From: a virus
Virus record (IMG/VR): IMGVR_UViG_3300030060_007988
Reading direction: 5' to 3' (one strand)
Length of the DNA stretch: 64,000 nt
Shown: piece by piece, positions 30,156 through 40,861 of the stretch
Numbering within the stretch: the first letter of the stretch is position 1
How the letters are laid out: every line of letters starts with the position of its first letter
The notes under the pieces: generated by a model
What the model was told of the DNA's origin: nothing
The model's input: the letters and a program-made list of their open reading frames with translations, nothing else
Database searches by the model: none
Program-made: the position numbers and the translations under genes

Positions 30156-31655
30156 ATGATCTTATATAGAGGATCCATTAAATTAATATCAAAGATAGGA
30201 TATAAAAAAGTATATGTTGGTGGAAAAACCAATGCATCAAAACTTTCAGCTGTAAAAACATCAAAGTTTTCAAAATATACACCAGCTAAAGTTTCACCAG
30301 CCACTTCATATCCATCAGTTGGAAACAATCCCTATAGTACACCAAAAGGAAGTACTGCTGCAACATTCTATAAAGTACCTTCAAAAACTGTTTCAACTAA
30401 AACAAAACTAATACAGTCAAAAGTTATACCGCCGCCAACATCACCACCGCAAATAAATACATCGGCACCAGGTACACCATTCACTACTCCTTTAATAAGT
30501 AATGGTACATTTAAGTTTTTTGATTTTGCAACAGATGTATTTCCGGGATCAATGGCCAAAGATATAATAAGACCATGTTGGGATAATGAAGCTGAAATAT
30601 TAGGAACATCAGGATCAATTGGCTCAGTACATCTATCAGCTGCACAGTCTGCAAGTTCTAAGGCACAATACTATCTAGACGTATTTGCAAAAGACCCTGC
30701 AACAAATCCTACTGCTAGTGTACAATTTTCAATTTCACATGGCCACTTAAAAGGTTCAGGTTCAACAAGTCAATCAGGACAAACTACAGGAAATACTCCA
30801 TCAAAGGCAGTATTTAATTCACTATCAAATCATTTAAGTACATTCCAATCAAATAACGTATTTGCAGATCAAAATGGATCATTCTTTAGATGGCAAGGAA
30901 CAAATGGTAATGAATTTGGTTTCCAAGGATTTATTGCAGTTGCATTATCTAGGGAAAAGTATAGGGATGGTATTGATACAAAAACATTTGAACTTCATCT
31001 TTCTGCTAGTTTAGAAGATACTGCTGCAGGCGCAACAACAAGAACATCAAAATTAAAATTAGTTATTGATGATACTGTTGACTACGGAGGAGTTACTGCA
31101 GGAGGGGTAAGACAGTTTCCTATAAGATCAGGTTCGGTTGAGAATAATTTAAATGATCCTATAAATGCCAACCATGAAAATTCTGCATTTGGATTTGCAT
31201 ATCCTGATTTAGGACTTTTAGTTTTTGATACTAAAGGTTTAAATTTATCATGTTCAGCAAACTTTTTTCATGGTACTCAAATGAATGACGTAGTTGATAA
31301 TAAAGAATATGGAATGACAACTCACTTTTTTAACCACCTAAGAGATGGAAACTTTTTTAGGTGCAACTCTAGAGAAGAAGTACTTAGCAACTTTTATTAT
31401 TGTAGGGCAAATAATGGAGAATTTAATTTTAGTAACAATCCATCGTTTACAACCGGAAGTAATGCAACTGATACATTAAGACATTCTCTTGGTTCAACAC
31501 CAGAAACAACAATGGTAGGTAATCCTATTGTCTATATTACAACTATAGGTCTATACAATGAGTATAACGAATTATTGGCTGTAGGAAAACTAAGTAAGCC
31601 TTTAAAAAAGAGTTTTGACCGTGAAGTTTTAATTAGACTAAAATTGGATTACTAA
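30156..31655 (+). CDS. structural protein, paralog 2
   Basis: YYCRANNGEFNFSNNPSF...ITTIGLYNEYNELLAVGKLSKP; basic Pro-rich N-terminus. Confidence 0.7.
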   Translation: MILYRGSIKLISKIGYKKVYVGGKTNASKLSAVKTSKFSKYTPAKVSPATSYPSVGNNPYSTPKGSTAATFYKVPSKTVSTKTKLIQSKVIPPPTSPPQINTSAPGTPFTTPLISNGTFKFFDFATDVFPGSMAKDIIRPCWDNEAEILGTSGSIGSVHLSAAQSASSKAQYYLDVFAKDPATNPTASVQFSISHGHLKGSGSTSQSGQTTGNTPSKAVFNSLSNHLSTFQSNNVFADQNGSFFRWQGTNGNEFGFQGFIAVALSREKYRDGIDTKTFELHLSASLEDTAAGATTRTSKLKLVIDDTVDYGGVTAGGVRQFPIRSGSVENNLNDPINANHENSAFGFAYPDLGLLVFDTKGLNLSCSANFFHGTQMNDVVDNKEYGMTTHFFNHLRDGNFFRCNSREEVLSNFYYCRANNGEFNFSNNPSFTTGSNATDTLRHSLGSTPETTMVGNPIVYITTIGLYNEYNELLAVGKLSKPLKKSFDREVLIRLKLDY

Positions 31656-31656
31656 T

Positions 31657-33123
31657 ATGTCAAATAAAATATTTAAAGAAATACATCCAGATGATAGGTC
31701 TTATCAATCAATTGAGACCAATAAAGAGTGGAATATACTGAGCTCTAAGGCATCATCATCATTTGGTATATTGACATATAAGGGACAAAGTGGATCAATC
31801 CATGATTCAAAATTTAGGGATGGAGGTACATCTAATGGGGTATTCAAAAGACTATTATGGAATTCAATAAATCATCTATGTTATGATAAATTTAGAATAG
31901 ACCCATATGCAGCTAGTGATAACAACCGACAAAGATTAAATGATATTGGTGGAGCTCCTCCATTGTTTGAAAGAACAACTAGAATAAGAAATATTGCAAG
32001 ACCATTACCTGGACAATCAGAACCAAGAAAACAGGTTGATCCCAATTCAACTGGACAAAATAATCAGTACTCACCAGCTCCTGGTGCATACATTCCATCT
32101 CAACTTCATACAGATGTTGCAATTCTATCAATACCTAGAAATATATTTGGTACTGAAATTCAAAGAGGAACATTTGAATTGGTATCTGATGGAAAACACA
32201 TAGTAACTGATGATGGAAAAGGTGCATTGGTAAGTTCTTCTCATAACAATGTTGTACAAGTTGGTGATATTTTTTATGAAAGAGGCCTTGCCGTTATTAC
32301 TTCAAACTCACATTCAAATCAAGACCTTTTGGATGACTATGAATTAAAGTTTAGGGCAACACATGACGTACACAATTTTGAGTATACATGTAGGGCAACT
32401 GAACGTGAATATAATATGTCGCTAAACCCCAGCATTTTAACAAGGGATTCATTTATTAGAACAGTGGTTGCTGCAGGATTCCCTGGAGGTGAAAGAATAG
32501 ATCTAAACTTTAATAGGTCAATACGATATCAGCCTAACACTTTACAGTCAGGTGCTAGCTCGTCAATAGATCAAACAATACATGGTGGAGGTGGAGCCAC
32601 ATTAGCTGTAGAACATATAGCTGCTAGTGCAAGTAATTTTTTAAAAGTAATATCTCGAGGAACATCAAATAAATTTGCATTTATCAAATATAAAGAAGAG
32701 ACTGGTGTACTATATAATTTAAAATTCAATTATGTACAAGGAACTGTAAATGGTCGTGTTTTCAAAACATCTGAAGGTGTAAACGGTGACCAATGGAGTG
32801 AAATATATACTGAATCACAAAATGATGTTGAGATTGCATGGTCTGGTTCAACAAACAATCCCACAATGATTAAATTTGCGGCTGAAGGTGTTGCGGATAA
32901 ACATGCATACTATGATAAAATATCTTTAACTAGTGATAGGCAACAATCATCAGGACTAACAAAGGTTAGAGGAATGGCAACTCACAGTCAGTTTCAACCT
33001 TTTATTACAACAGTTGGACTATATAATAATTTTAATGAGTTATTAGCAGTTGGTAAATTACCAAAGCCAATTAGAAAACCGGACAATTATGATATATCAT
33101 TTCAAATAAAAATAGACAAATAA
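31657..33123 (+). CDS. structural protein, paralog 3
   Basis: YTCRATEREYNMSLNPS...ITTVGLYNNFNELLAVGKLPKP. Confidence 0.7.
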   Translation: MSNKIFKEIHPDDRSYQSIETNKEWNILSSKASSSFGILTYKGQSGSIHDSKFRDGGTSNGVFKRLLWNSINHLCYDKFRIDPYAASDNNRQRLNDIGGAPPLFERTTRIRNIARPLPGQSEPRKQVDPNSTGQNNQYSPAPGAYIPSQLHTDVAILSIPRNIFGTEIQRGTFELVSDGKHIVTDDGKGALVSSSHNNVVQVGDIFYERGLAVITSNSHSNQDLLDDYELKFRATHDVHNFEYTCRATEREYNMSLNPSILTRDSFIRTVVAAGFPGGERIDLNFNRSIRYQPNTLQSGASSSIDQTIHGGGGATLAVEHIAASASNFLKVISRGTSNKFAFIKYKEETGVLYNLKFNYVQGTVNGRVFKTSEGVNGDQWSEIYTESQNDVEIAWSGSTNNPTMIKFAAEGVADKHAYYDKISLTSDRQQSSGLTKVRGMATHSQFQPFITTVGLYNNFNELLAVGKLPKPIRKPDNYDISFQIKIDK

Positions 33124-33134
33124 GGAATTAGTTT

Positions 33135-33539
33135 ATGGCATGGAGAAGTAAATCCAAAGTTCGTCAGAACGCAATTAAACATGGTTATAGAAGTGGATTT
33201 GAACACAAGGTTGCAGATCAATTAACAGAATCAAAAACTAAATTTGAATACGAAACAACGGTTATAGATTATATAAAACCTCAAACCAATCATACATATA
33301 CAATTGATTTTACATTACCAAATGGAATACTTGTAGAAACAAAAGGAAGGTGGGTATTGGAAGACCGTAAAAAACACCTCTTAATAAAAAAGCAACACCC
33401 AGACCTAGATATTAGAATTGTTTTTCAAAGTGCAAAAGGAAAAATTAGAAAAGGTAGTAAAACAACATATGCAGATTTTTGTGATAAACATGGAATAGTT
33501 TGGGCAGAAAAAGAAATTCCAAAATCTTGGCTTAAATAG
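33135..33539 (+). CDS. endonuclease I / Holliday junction resolvase (T7 gp3 family)
   Basis: GYRSGFE, YTIDFTLPNGILVETKG, DRKKHLLIKKQHPDLDIRIVF, KGSKTTYADFC. Confidence 0.92.
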   Translation: MAWRSKSKVRQNAIKHGYRSGFEHKVADQLTESKTKFEYETTVIDYIKPQTNHTYTIDFTLPNGILVETKGRWVLEDRKKHLLIKKQHPDLDIRIVFQSAKGKIRKGSKTTYADFCDKHGIVWAEKEIPKSWLK

Positions 33540-33570
33540 TTTATTTTGTCAATTATTTTTGTTATATTTA
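33539..33570 (+). promoter_or_regulatory. class-1 promoter
   Basis: tttattttgtcaa-ttattttt-gttatattta upstream of primase. Confidence 0.55.
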
Positions 33571-33574
33571 ATAC

Positions 33575-34489
33575 ATGAACAATTATGCAATAATTAAGTT
33601 ATTGAATTCATTACTTGGAAAAGGATATGAATTAAAAAACAATGAAGTATCATATCATTGTCCTTTTTGTAATCACCATAAGAAAAAATTACAAGTAAAC
33701 ATATCTAGTCAATTTTGGCAATGCTGGGTTTGTGGTGTTAAAGGAAGAAAGATTATATCACTATTTAAAAAACTTTCTGCGCCTTATGAGTATTTTAAAA
33801 AACTTTCAAATCTATTAGGCGATAGGCTTGACTTTAATATCAACAAAAAATATTCAGATGAATTGAATTTACCTATTGAATACATTGCATTTAAAGACGC
33901 CAACACTAAAAGTCCTGAATATAAAAATGCAATATATTATCTTATTAAAAGAGGAATAACGCCACAGGATATTTTTAAGTATAGTATTGGGTATTGTGAA
34001 AGTGGTCCATATCGTGGAATGATAATTATTCCAAGTTATGACTGCAATGGTAAACTAAACTTTTTTACTGGCAGAAGTTATTATGAAACAAACTATAAAC
34101 ATAAAAACCCTTCAGTATCAAAGGATATTATTGGATTTGATTTACATATAAACTGGGATGAACCTATTACTTTAGTTGAAGGTGCATTTGATGCAATTGC
34201 AGTTAGAAGAAATGCCATTCCATTATTTGGAAAATTAATGTCTGATAAACTAAAAATAAAAATAGTACAAAAACAGGTTTCAAAAGTAAACATAGCACTA
34301 GACAGGGATGCATTAAAAGGATCACTCAAAATATCAGAGTATTTAATGTCAAATGGTATAGATGTTCATTTTATAGATTTACCTGAAAAAGACCCTAGTG
34401 AATTAGGATTTAAAAATATACAACGATTAATTAGTGATTCCAATCCACTAAACTTATTAAAAATAATGGAGTTTAAATTATTATGTTAG
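33575..34489 (+). CDS. DNA primase
   Basis: Zn finger CPFCNH...CWVC; TOPRIM LVEGAFDA, LDRD, KDPSE. Confidence 0.88.
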   Translation: MNNYAIIKLLNSLLGKGYELKNNEVSYHCPFCNHHKKKLQVNISSQFWQCWVCGVKGRKIISLFKKLSAPYEYFKKLSNLLGDRLDFNINKKYSDELNLPIEYIAFKDANTKSPEYKNAIYYLIKRGITPQDIFKYSIGYCESGPYRGMIIIPSYDCNGKLNFFTGRSYYETNYKHKNPSVSKDIIGFDLHINWDEPITLVEGAFDAIAVRRNAIPLFGKLMSDKLKIKIVQKQVSKVNIALDRDALKGSLKISEYLMSNGIDVHFIDLPEKDPSELGFKNIQRLISDSNPLNLLKIMEFKLLC

Positions 34490-34692
34490 AAATTGAAATT
34501 TGGCCATATGTGTCCGGCAGTCATAAAGTATACACAAATAACGAAAAAATGAAAAATGAATTATGTACAGTTTTAAAAATAGAAAATGCATCATGTACAT
34601 ATATGAAAAAAGGAAAACCTTTTGCATGGGATTTAATATTTAACGATGTTAGAATGTCTACTGTAAAACGAATCATAAAAAAGTATAACTAG
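34483..34692 (+). CDS. hypothetical protein
   Basis: ORF track; coupled to primase. Confidence 0.6.
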   Translation: MLEIEIWPYVSGSHKVYTNNEKMKNELCTVLKIENASCTYMKKGKPFAWDLIFNDVRMSTVKRIIKKYN

Positions 34693-34702
34693 GAGTTTTA
34701 TA

Positions 34703-37700
34703 TTGAATACAATTATTGATGTAGGATTTAATTCTACTGAGAAAATATTGCATGTTGCAGACATCCATATAAGAAACTACAAACGTCATAAAGAATATAA
34801 ACAAGTTTTTAGAAAACTATATAAAGAAGCCAGAAAAACTCCAAAGGAAACTGTCATATATGTTGGTGGAGACATAGTACATACAAAAACTGATATAAGT
34901 CCAGAACTTATACAAATGGTTAGTGATTTTTTTAACACTCTTGCAAAAATTAGACCTACAATTGTTATAACTGGTAATCATGATGCTAACCTAAATAATC
35001 CTAGCAGACTAGATTCTCTTTCTCCAATTGTTGATAACTTAAACAATCCAAACTTACATTACTTAAAGGATTCAGGAATATATACAATAGCTGGAATAAA
35101 TTATATTGTAATGTCAGTTTTTGATGATCCTAAAAACTACTTAACAAAAAAAGATCTACCAAAGGGGTATAACATAGCACTATATCATGGACCTGTAAAT
35201 AAATCACAAACTGATATTGGATATGTTGTAGATAATCCTCATATGACAACAAAAATGTTTGATGGATATGATTTAGTACTTCTTGGGGATATTCATAAAA
35301 AGCAATTTTTAAATGATGAAAAAACAATATGTTATGTTGGATCCTTAATACAACAAAACTTTGGAGAAACATTTGAAAATCATGGCTATATGTTATGGGA
35401 CGTTAAAACAAAAAAGTCAGAATTTTTTGAAATAGAAAATGACTTTGGATATTACACTATTGATGTAAAAGATGGTAAACCATTAAACCTAAATAAGATT
35501 CCAAAAAAACCTAGGTTAAGACTTAGGACTGAAAATACAACGGCGGCTGATATAAAAAATATTATAGTTGACATTAAAAAGAAATATAAAATTCAGGATG
35601 TAACAATAATTAGACAGGACAACATATTGAGCCAAAAGGGTGATGAAATAACTGGGATAGAAATAACAAGGGATGTAAGAAGTGCTGAATATCAAAATCA
35701 ACTTTTAGAGGATTACTTAGTTAGAAGATTTACACTTGATGAAGACATGATATCCAGGATAAAGGTTATTAATAGTGAACTTAATAAAATATTAAATGAT
35801 ATTGACATAGGTAGACATATACATTGGAAACCTAAGAAATTTGAATTCTCAAATATGTTTAGTTACGGTGAAGGTAATACAATGGATTTTGAAAACTTAT
35901 CAGGATCTATAGGTCTATTTGCACCAAATCATTCTGGTAAGTCTGCACTATTTGATGCATTATCGTTTTGTGTATTTGATAGGTGTAGTAGATCACGTCA
36001 TGGTATGGATGTAATGAATAACAAAAAGAAAACTTTTCACTGTAAATTAAATTTTGAAATTGACGGTATAGATTATTTTATTGAAAGACATGGGAAAAGA
36101 TTTAAAAGTGGAGGCGTACGAGTTGATACTGATTTTTGGATGATTGATGAAAGTGGTGAAAAGGTTAGTCTCAATGGTGAACAACGAAAGGATACTAATA
36201 AAAACATTCAGGGATATTTAGGTGCATATGAAGACTTTACATTAACTGCACTATCGGTTCAAAATAACAATACTGGATTTATTGATAAAACTCAATCTGA
36301 GAAAAAAGATTTACTTGCACAGTTTTTAGATATAACTGTATTTGAAGAATTATACCAATTAGCAACTGATGAAATTAGTGATGTGGCAGCTGTACTAAAA
36401 CAATTCCGTGATACAGATTTTGAATCACAGCTAATAGAATATGAAAATTCTCTTAAGAGCTTTAAAGAAAAGTATAGTGAAGTTGAATCTAAAAATAATA
36501 AAATAAAAACAACTTTAAAAAAATTAAATGACAAACAATTGGAACATAGTAGTAAATTAATAACAACATTTAATTTAAAATATTCCATAAGTGAATTAAT
36601 ATCAAAAAGAAAAAATATTAAAGACACAATTGAGTTTCTTCAATCAAAATTAAATAAGTATGAAAAGTATACTGTTGAAAATAAAGTTAAACTTCAAGAT
36701 ATAAACAAAAAGCTAGCTGATTTAGATGAAAATGAAGTAACATCCAATAAAATGTTATATGATTCAACTATGGTTGAAAAAACAAAAATTACAAATGAGT
36801 TAGATAAATTAAAAATCATTGTTAAAAATAAATTGGAAAAGCTTTCAGCGATTGGTCAGTTTGATCCTAATTGTGATTTTTGTAAAAATACACCATTTGT
36901 ACAAAGTTCTACAAAAATAGAAAATTCATTAAATGGGGATAAAGTTCTTGCAAAGAAAAACATTGAGAAAATAAATCAATTGGATTCTACATTGGAAAAA
37001 CTAAAACCTTCACTAATTGATTATGATAATCTGACTTCATATAAATCAGAGCTTCAAACAATAAAACAGTATGAAAGTGAAATAAGAATTAAAACATCTA
37101 AAAATGAAACTCTTATTGCAAACAATAAACATGATTTAACTAAAGTAAATGATTTAATAGATAAATACTATAATAATGAATCGGCAATAAAGAGTAATCA
37201 AAGAGTTCAGAAAAAAATAGATGATATAAAAGAATCTATAAATGAACTAAATCTTGAGCTTAGAAAAAGTACCGTTAATTCACAGGATATGTACAGTGAT
37301 ATTAAAGTTTATGAAAATAAAATACTTACAATAAAAACCTCTATTAAAGAAGCTGAAGAGCTGGAAAAAAGATATAAGGCATACGAATATTACCTTAATG
37401 CTATTGAAAGGGACGGTATTCCATATGAATTAATTTCAGCTGTTCTTCCATATATAGAAGATGAAGTAAATAATATTCTTTCACAAATAGTTGATTTTAA
37501 AATATTGTTTAACGTTGATGGCAAAAAAATAAATACATACATATCATATACAAATGACGACTTTTGGTCATTGGAACTTACAAGTGGTATGGAAAAGTTT
37601 ATATCTTCATTGGCTATAAGAGTTGCACTAGTAAACATTTCAAATCTGCCAAGACCTAATTTCTTAGCAATAGATGAAGGATTTGGAAACCTTGATTCTC

Positions 37701-37852
37701 AAAATATAAATTCAATGTCAAACCTATTTGACTATCTTAAAACTCAATTTGATTTTATGATGGTTATAAGTCATATTGATGTTATGAAAGATATCATGGA
37801 TGACTCTATAGAAATTGACACATCTAATGAATTTAGCCGCATTTGTTATTAG
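34703..37852 (+). CDS. fused SbcD/Mre11 nuclease - SbcC/Rad50 ATPase (gp47-gp46-like)
   Basis: ADIH, GGDIVH, GNHD, LGDIH phosphoesterase motifs; Walker A APNHSGKS, Zn hook CDFC, signature TSGME, Walker B IDEGFG, ISH; TTG start with AGGAG. Confidence 0.9.
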   Translation: MNTIIDVGFNSTEKILHVADIHIRNYKRHKEYKQVFRKLYKEARKTPKETVIYVGGDIVHTKTDISPELIQMVSDFFNTLAKIRPTIVITGNHDANLNNPSRLDSLSPIVDNLNNPNLHYLKDSGIYTIAGINYIVMSVFDDPKNYLTKKDLPKGYNIALYHGPVNKSQTDIGYVVDNPHMTTKMFDGYDLVLLGDIHKKQFLNDEKTICYVGSLIQQNFGETFENHGYMLWDVKTKKSEFFEIENDFGYYTIDVKDGKPLNLNKIPKKPRLRLRTENTTAADIKNIIVDIKKKYKIQDVTIIRQDNILSQKGDEITGIEITRDVRSAEYQNQLLEDYLVRRFTLDEDMISRIKVINSELNKILNDIDIGRHIHWKPKKFEFSNMFSYGEGNTMDFENLSGSIGLFAPNHSGKSALFDALSFCVFDRCSRSRHGMDVMNNKKKTFHCKLNFEIDGIDYFIERHGKRFKSGGVRVDTDFWMIDESGEKVSLNGEQRKDTNKNIQGYLGAYEDFTLTALSVQNNNTGFIDKTQSEKKDLLAQFLDITVFEELYQLATDEISDVAAVLKQFRDTDFESQLIEYENSLKSFKEKYSEVESKNNKIKTTLKKLNDKQLEHSSKLITTFNLKYSISELISKRKNIKDTIEFLQSKLNKYEKYTVENKVKLQDINKKLADLDENEVTSNKMLYDSTMVEKTKITNELDKLKIIVKNKLEKLSAIGQFDPNCDFCKNTPFVQSSTKIENSLNGDKVLAKKNIEKINQLDSTLEKLKPSLIDYDNLTSYKSELQTIKQYESEIRIKTSKNETLIANNKHDLTKVNDLIDKYYNNESAIKSNQRVQKKIDDIKESINELNLELRKSTVNSQDMYSDIKVYENKILTIKTSIKEAEELEKRYKAYEYYLNAIERDGIPYELISAVLPYIEDEVNNILSQIVDFKILFNVDGKKINTYISYTNDDFWSLELTSGMEKFISSLAIRVALVNISNLPRPNFLAIDEGFGNLDSQNINSMSNLFDYLKTQFDFMMVISHIDVMKDIMDDSIEIDTSNEFSRICY

Positions 37853-37906
37853 ATTCTTTTATATTTATACTAGTATAATTATATATAGAATTAATGGTAA
37901 TGGTAT

Positions 37907-40861
37907 ATGGCAAACTCTAGAAACTTACATTTATCGCCTACAATATTATTTCAGGATACATCTGAGTTTTCTCACGATTATTTTAATTTAACTGAACTAC
38001 CAGGATTTTTTAAATTAGGATCTAATATTGTTAAATTAACTCCAAATGTCAATGGTTTACAATTTGGTACACCTGTAGATTTTGAGTTTGTATCAAGTAA
38101 TGGCACCACTTTAGTATCTGATGTTAAAGATGATCCTGATAACGCAGGCCAAAAAATAATTGAAGTATTTGTAACAGAAGAAACGGCTGCCGAGTCGATA
38201 ACAATAAGACTTTTAGGAACGGCAAAGTTTGGTACTTATGATGTATCATTTCCACAACAAAACAATATATTTTGGACATCAACAATACTGGCAGATCCAT
38301 TGGCTGTTGAATTATTAGGAAGTACTTCGGGATCTATAGTTTCTGGATCATTATTTGTTGGAAATGCATCAGGCGATGGTATACAAATTAGAGGTGATAA
38401 GAGTGAAGCATATATAAGATCAATTGGATATGGAGGTCTTGCCTTTGGTGAACCAGGATTCATGATGTTTAGTGGTTCTGTACTTCCTGGAAACAATGTT
38501 GATGAATATTCCGGTGTCGGCCTAGAACTATTTCAACATACAGGAAGTTTTTTTAAATTTAGAACATCTCCTGAAAAACATGCAGGTCTTGAAATTAGAA
38601 CTGATAAATTTCTTATTGGAAGTAGTGGATCAAAGTCAGAAGGTGTTTCATATCAATTTATATCAGGTTCAAATGGACAGATAGAAATAAGTTCATCAAC
38701 CTTTCATTTAAATCCAGCCGATGGTTCATTTAGATTAGGAGATAAACTGGTCTGGGATGGAACAACACTATCAATAGTTGGAAACTTAACAATATCAAAT
38801 CCTTCTTCTGTTGGTAGTGCTCTAGGTGTAGGGGATACTGGTGGTGGAAGTATTAGTGATTCGTTTATTAGGACAGGACCTAATCCAACGCTAGGGGACT
38901 CATGGGTAACTGGAAGTAAACTACAATTCATGGCAATAAGTGCAAGTGGAAAAGCAAATCAAGGTGGACAAGATACAACTCCTCATACACAAGAAAACAT
39001 TGCCACCCTTCATCACCAGCCTGGAATGATATTTTATAGAGGGGAACTTGACGGTGATGGTGAGCATGTCTTTGGTTCTGACAATGGTTTCCAAAGTTCA
39101 TATCTTCATTTTTCACAATCATTTCAAAGGGCAAATACGCCAACACTACAGGCTGAATTTATAGTTTCAGGAAATGATCCTTCAATAGCATTTGGATGGA
39201 TAGACGATGTTGCACTAGATAATGATACTACCACAATAGATGGTCCTGAAGCAAACCAAACAAACTTGGCTCTTGAGGAAAGTATTCATATGAAATACTC
39301 GTCACTGTTTAGAGTTGAATCCAGGGACTTCAATAGTACAGCCTTTAGTGATGGACAACCTCATGAATTTTCAGGGTTTGTTTCTAGCAATACAGATTCT
39401 GACCTGTCTGAAGTTGAGAATGAATCAACCACAAATGAACAACAAATGTTTGCACTAAATGAAAATCAGGCTTGGCCAAACGATGGTGATTTTTCAAATG
39501 GAACATCCTTTATAGCAAAAATAACACTAAAACATCCAGACAGTGGAGGTGGTGCAATATATGAAATATATAAAAATGGCGATATGACTTCTCCGTTTGC
39601 ATCTTTTGAAACCTCTGGAACATTGTCACCAAGTCTTAGACCTATTATTCGAGTATTCAAGACTTCAGAAAATACATTTGGACAGGATGCAGTTCTCTGG
39701 AGATTCTTTGGTGTAAATGCTTCACCTACAGTGTCTTCAACTTCAATATCAGGTGATATGATTAAAACTGGAAAAATAGAGTCAACAAACTGGACTGGTG
39801 CGTCCGGCAATAGGGGAACTAGCCTTGATCTAAATAGTGGTATATTTCATATGCGTTCAGATGGCTCTACAAAGTTTAAACTCGACGCCAATGCTGGTAC
39901 TGCACAAATAGCTGGGTTTCAAATAGGGTCAACTACACTCACTGGTAATGGTACAACATCTAAGTTTCAAACAAATGATTCAGGAAAAAGAATAGAAATA
40001 GGTGGTGCAGACAATAACATAAAGTTTTTTAAAGACGGTATAGATAATGCAGTTTGTACAATTGATGATAACCTTTTAAGTACACATCCAGGTATTGAAA
40101 TAAAAGAGGGTGTAATTAGAATAATCAATCTTAGTGATTTTGGTGATGAAGGATTAGGAGCTCCACTATTTGTCAAAACAGAAGCTGATATGGGAGAAAA
40201 CAGGTGCGGTGGATTTTTTGGAATATCAAATTCTGGAACATCGGTACCAAACTGGTGGACAAGCACGTCTGCGCCTGGTATTACTGGTAAGGTATCAAAA
40301 ACCCAGGTGCAAGGAAATACTTGCTCAATTGTAACACAAAACCTTCCATTCATGGCTGGAATTGTTGCCGAGTGTAATATAACTGGATGTCAAACAGATG
40401 CCATAAAAACAATAACTGCAGGTATAGTTGCAATAGGTACAAATTCAGGTGGAGGATTTTCATTTTATGGAGCAGGTGGTATTCTATACAATTCAGGAGA
40501 AATAAGAAGTGGTGCAGATATCGTTGCATTTCATAGTTCAGACAAGAGAATGAAGGAAAACATTGTCACTATAGATGAACCACTTAATATTATTGGAAAA
40601 CTTAGAGGTGTAACATTTAACTGGAAAAAAGAAACTGCACCTGAGTGGGCAAACGATTATCTAGGTAAAGATATGAGTGATATGGGATTTATTGCTCAAG
40701 AAGTGCAAGATGTGTTACCTAATCTAGTACAGCAAAGAGAAAATGAATACTTAACTGTAAGATATGAAAAAATGATTCCTTTACTTGTTGAAGGTATAAA
40801 AAGTCAACAAAAACAAATAGACCTATTGACAAAAAGAATAACTGAACTGGAAAGCAAATGA
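37907..40861 (+). CDS. tail fibre/spike with C-terminal intramolecular chaperone (peptidase S74)
   Basis: SSDKRMKENI...LRGVTFNWK...GFIAQEV...VRYEKMIPLLVEGIK. Confidence 0.85.
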   Translation: MANSRNLHLSPTILFQDTSEFSHDYFNLTELPGFFKLGSNIVKLTPNVNGLQFGTPVDFEFVSSNGTTLVSDVKDDPDNAGQKIIEVFVTEETAAESITIRLLGTAKFGTYDVSFPQQNNIFWTSTILADPLAVELLGSTSGSIVSGSLFVGNASGDGIQIRGDKSEAYIRSIGYGGLAFGEPGFMMFSGSVLPGNNVDEYSGVGLELFQHTGSFFKFRTSPEKHAGLEIRTDKFLIGSSGSKSEGVSYQFISGSNGQIEISSSTFHLNPADGSFRLGDKLVWDGTTLSIVGNLTISNPSSVGSALGVGDTGGGSISDSFIRTGPNPTLGDSWVTGSKLQFMAISASGKANQGGQDTTPHTQENIATLHHQPGMIFYRGELDGDGEHVFGSDNGFQSSYLHFSQSFQRANTPTLQAEFIVSGNDPSIAFGWIDDVALDNDTTTIDGPEANQTNLALEESIHMKYSSLFRVESRDFNSTAFSDGQPHEFSGFVSSNTDSDLSEVENESTTNEQQMFALNENQAWPNDGDFSNGTSFIAKITLKHPDSGGGAIYEIYKNGDMTSPFASFETSGTLSPSLRPIIRVFKTSENTFGQDAVLWRFFGVNASPTVSSTSISGDMIKTGKIESTNWTGASGNRGTSLDLNSGIFHMRSDGSTKFKLDANAGTAQIAGFQIGSTTLTGNGTTSKFQTNDSGKRIEIGGADNNIKFFKDGIDNAVCTIDDNLLSTHPGIEIKEGVIRIINLSDFGDEGLGAPLFVKTEADMGENRCGGFFGISNSGTSVPNWWTSTSAPGITGKVSKTQVQGNTCSIVTQNLPFMAGIVAECNITGCQTDAIKTITAGIVAIGTNSGGGFSFYGAGGILYNSGEIRSGADIVAFHSSDKRMKENIVTIDEPLNIIGKLRGVTFNWKKETAPEWANDYLGKDMSDMGFIAQEVQDVLPNLVQQRENEYLTVRYEKMIPLLVEGIKSQQKQIDLLTKRITELESK

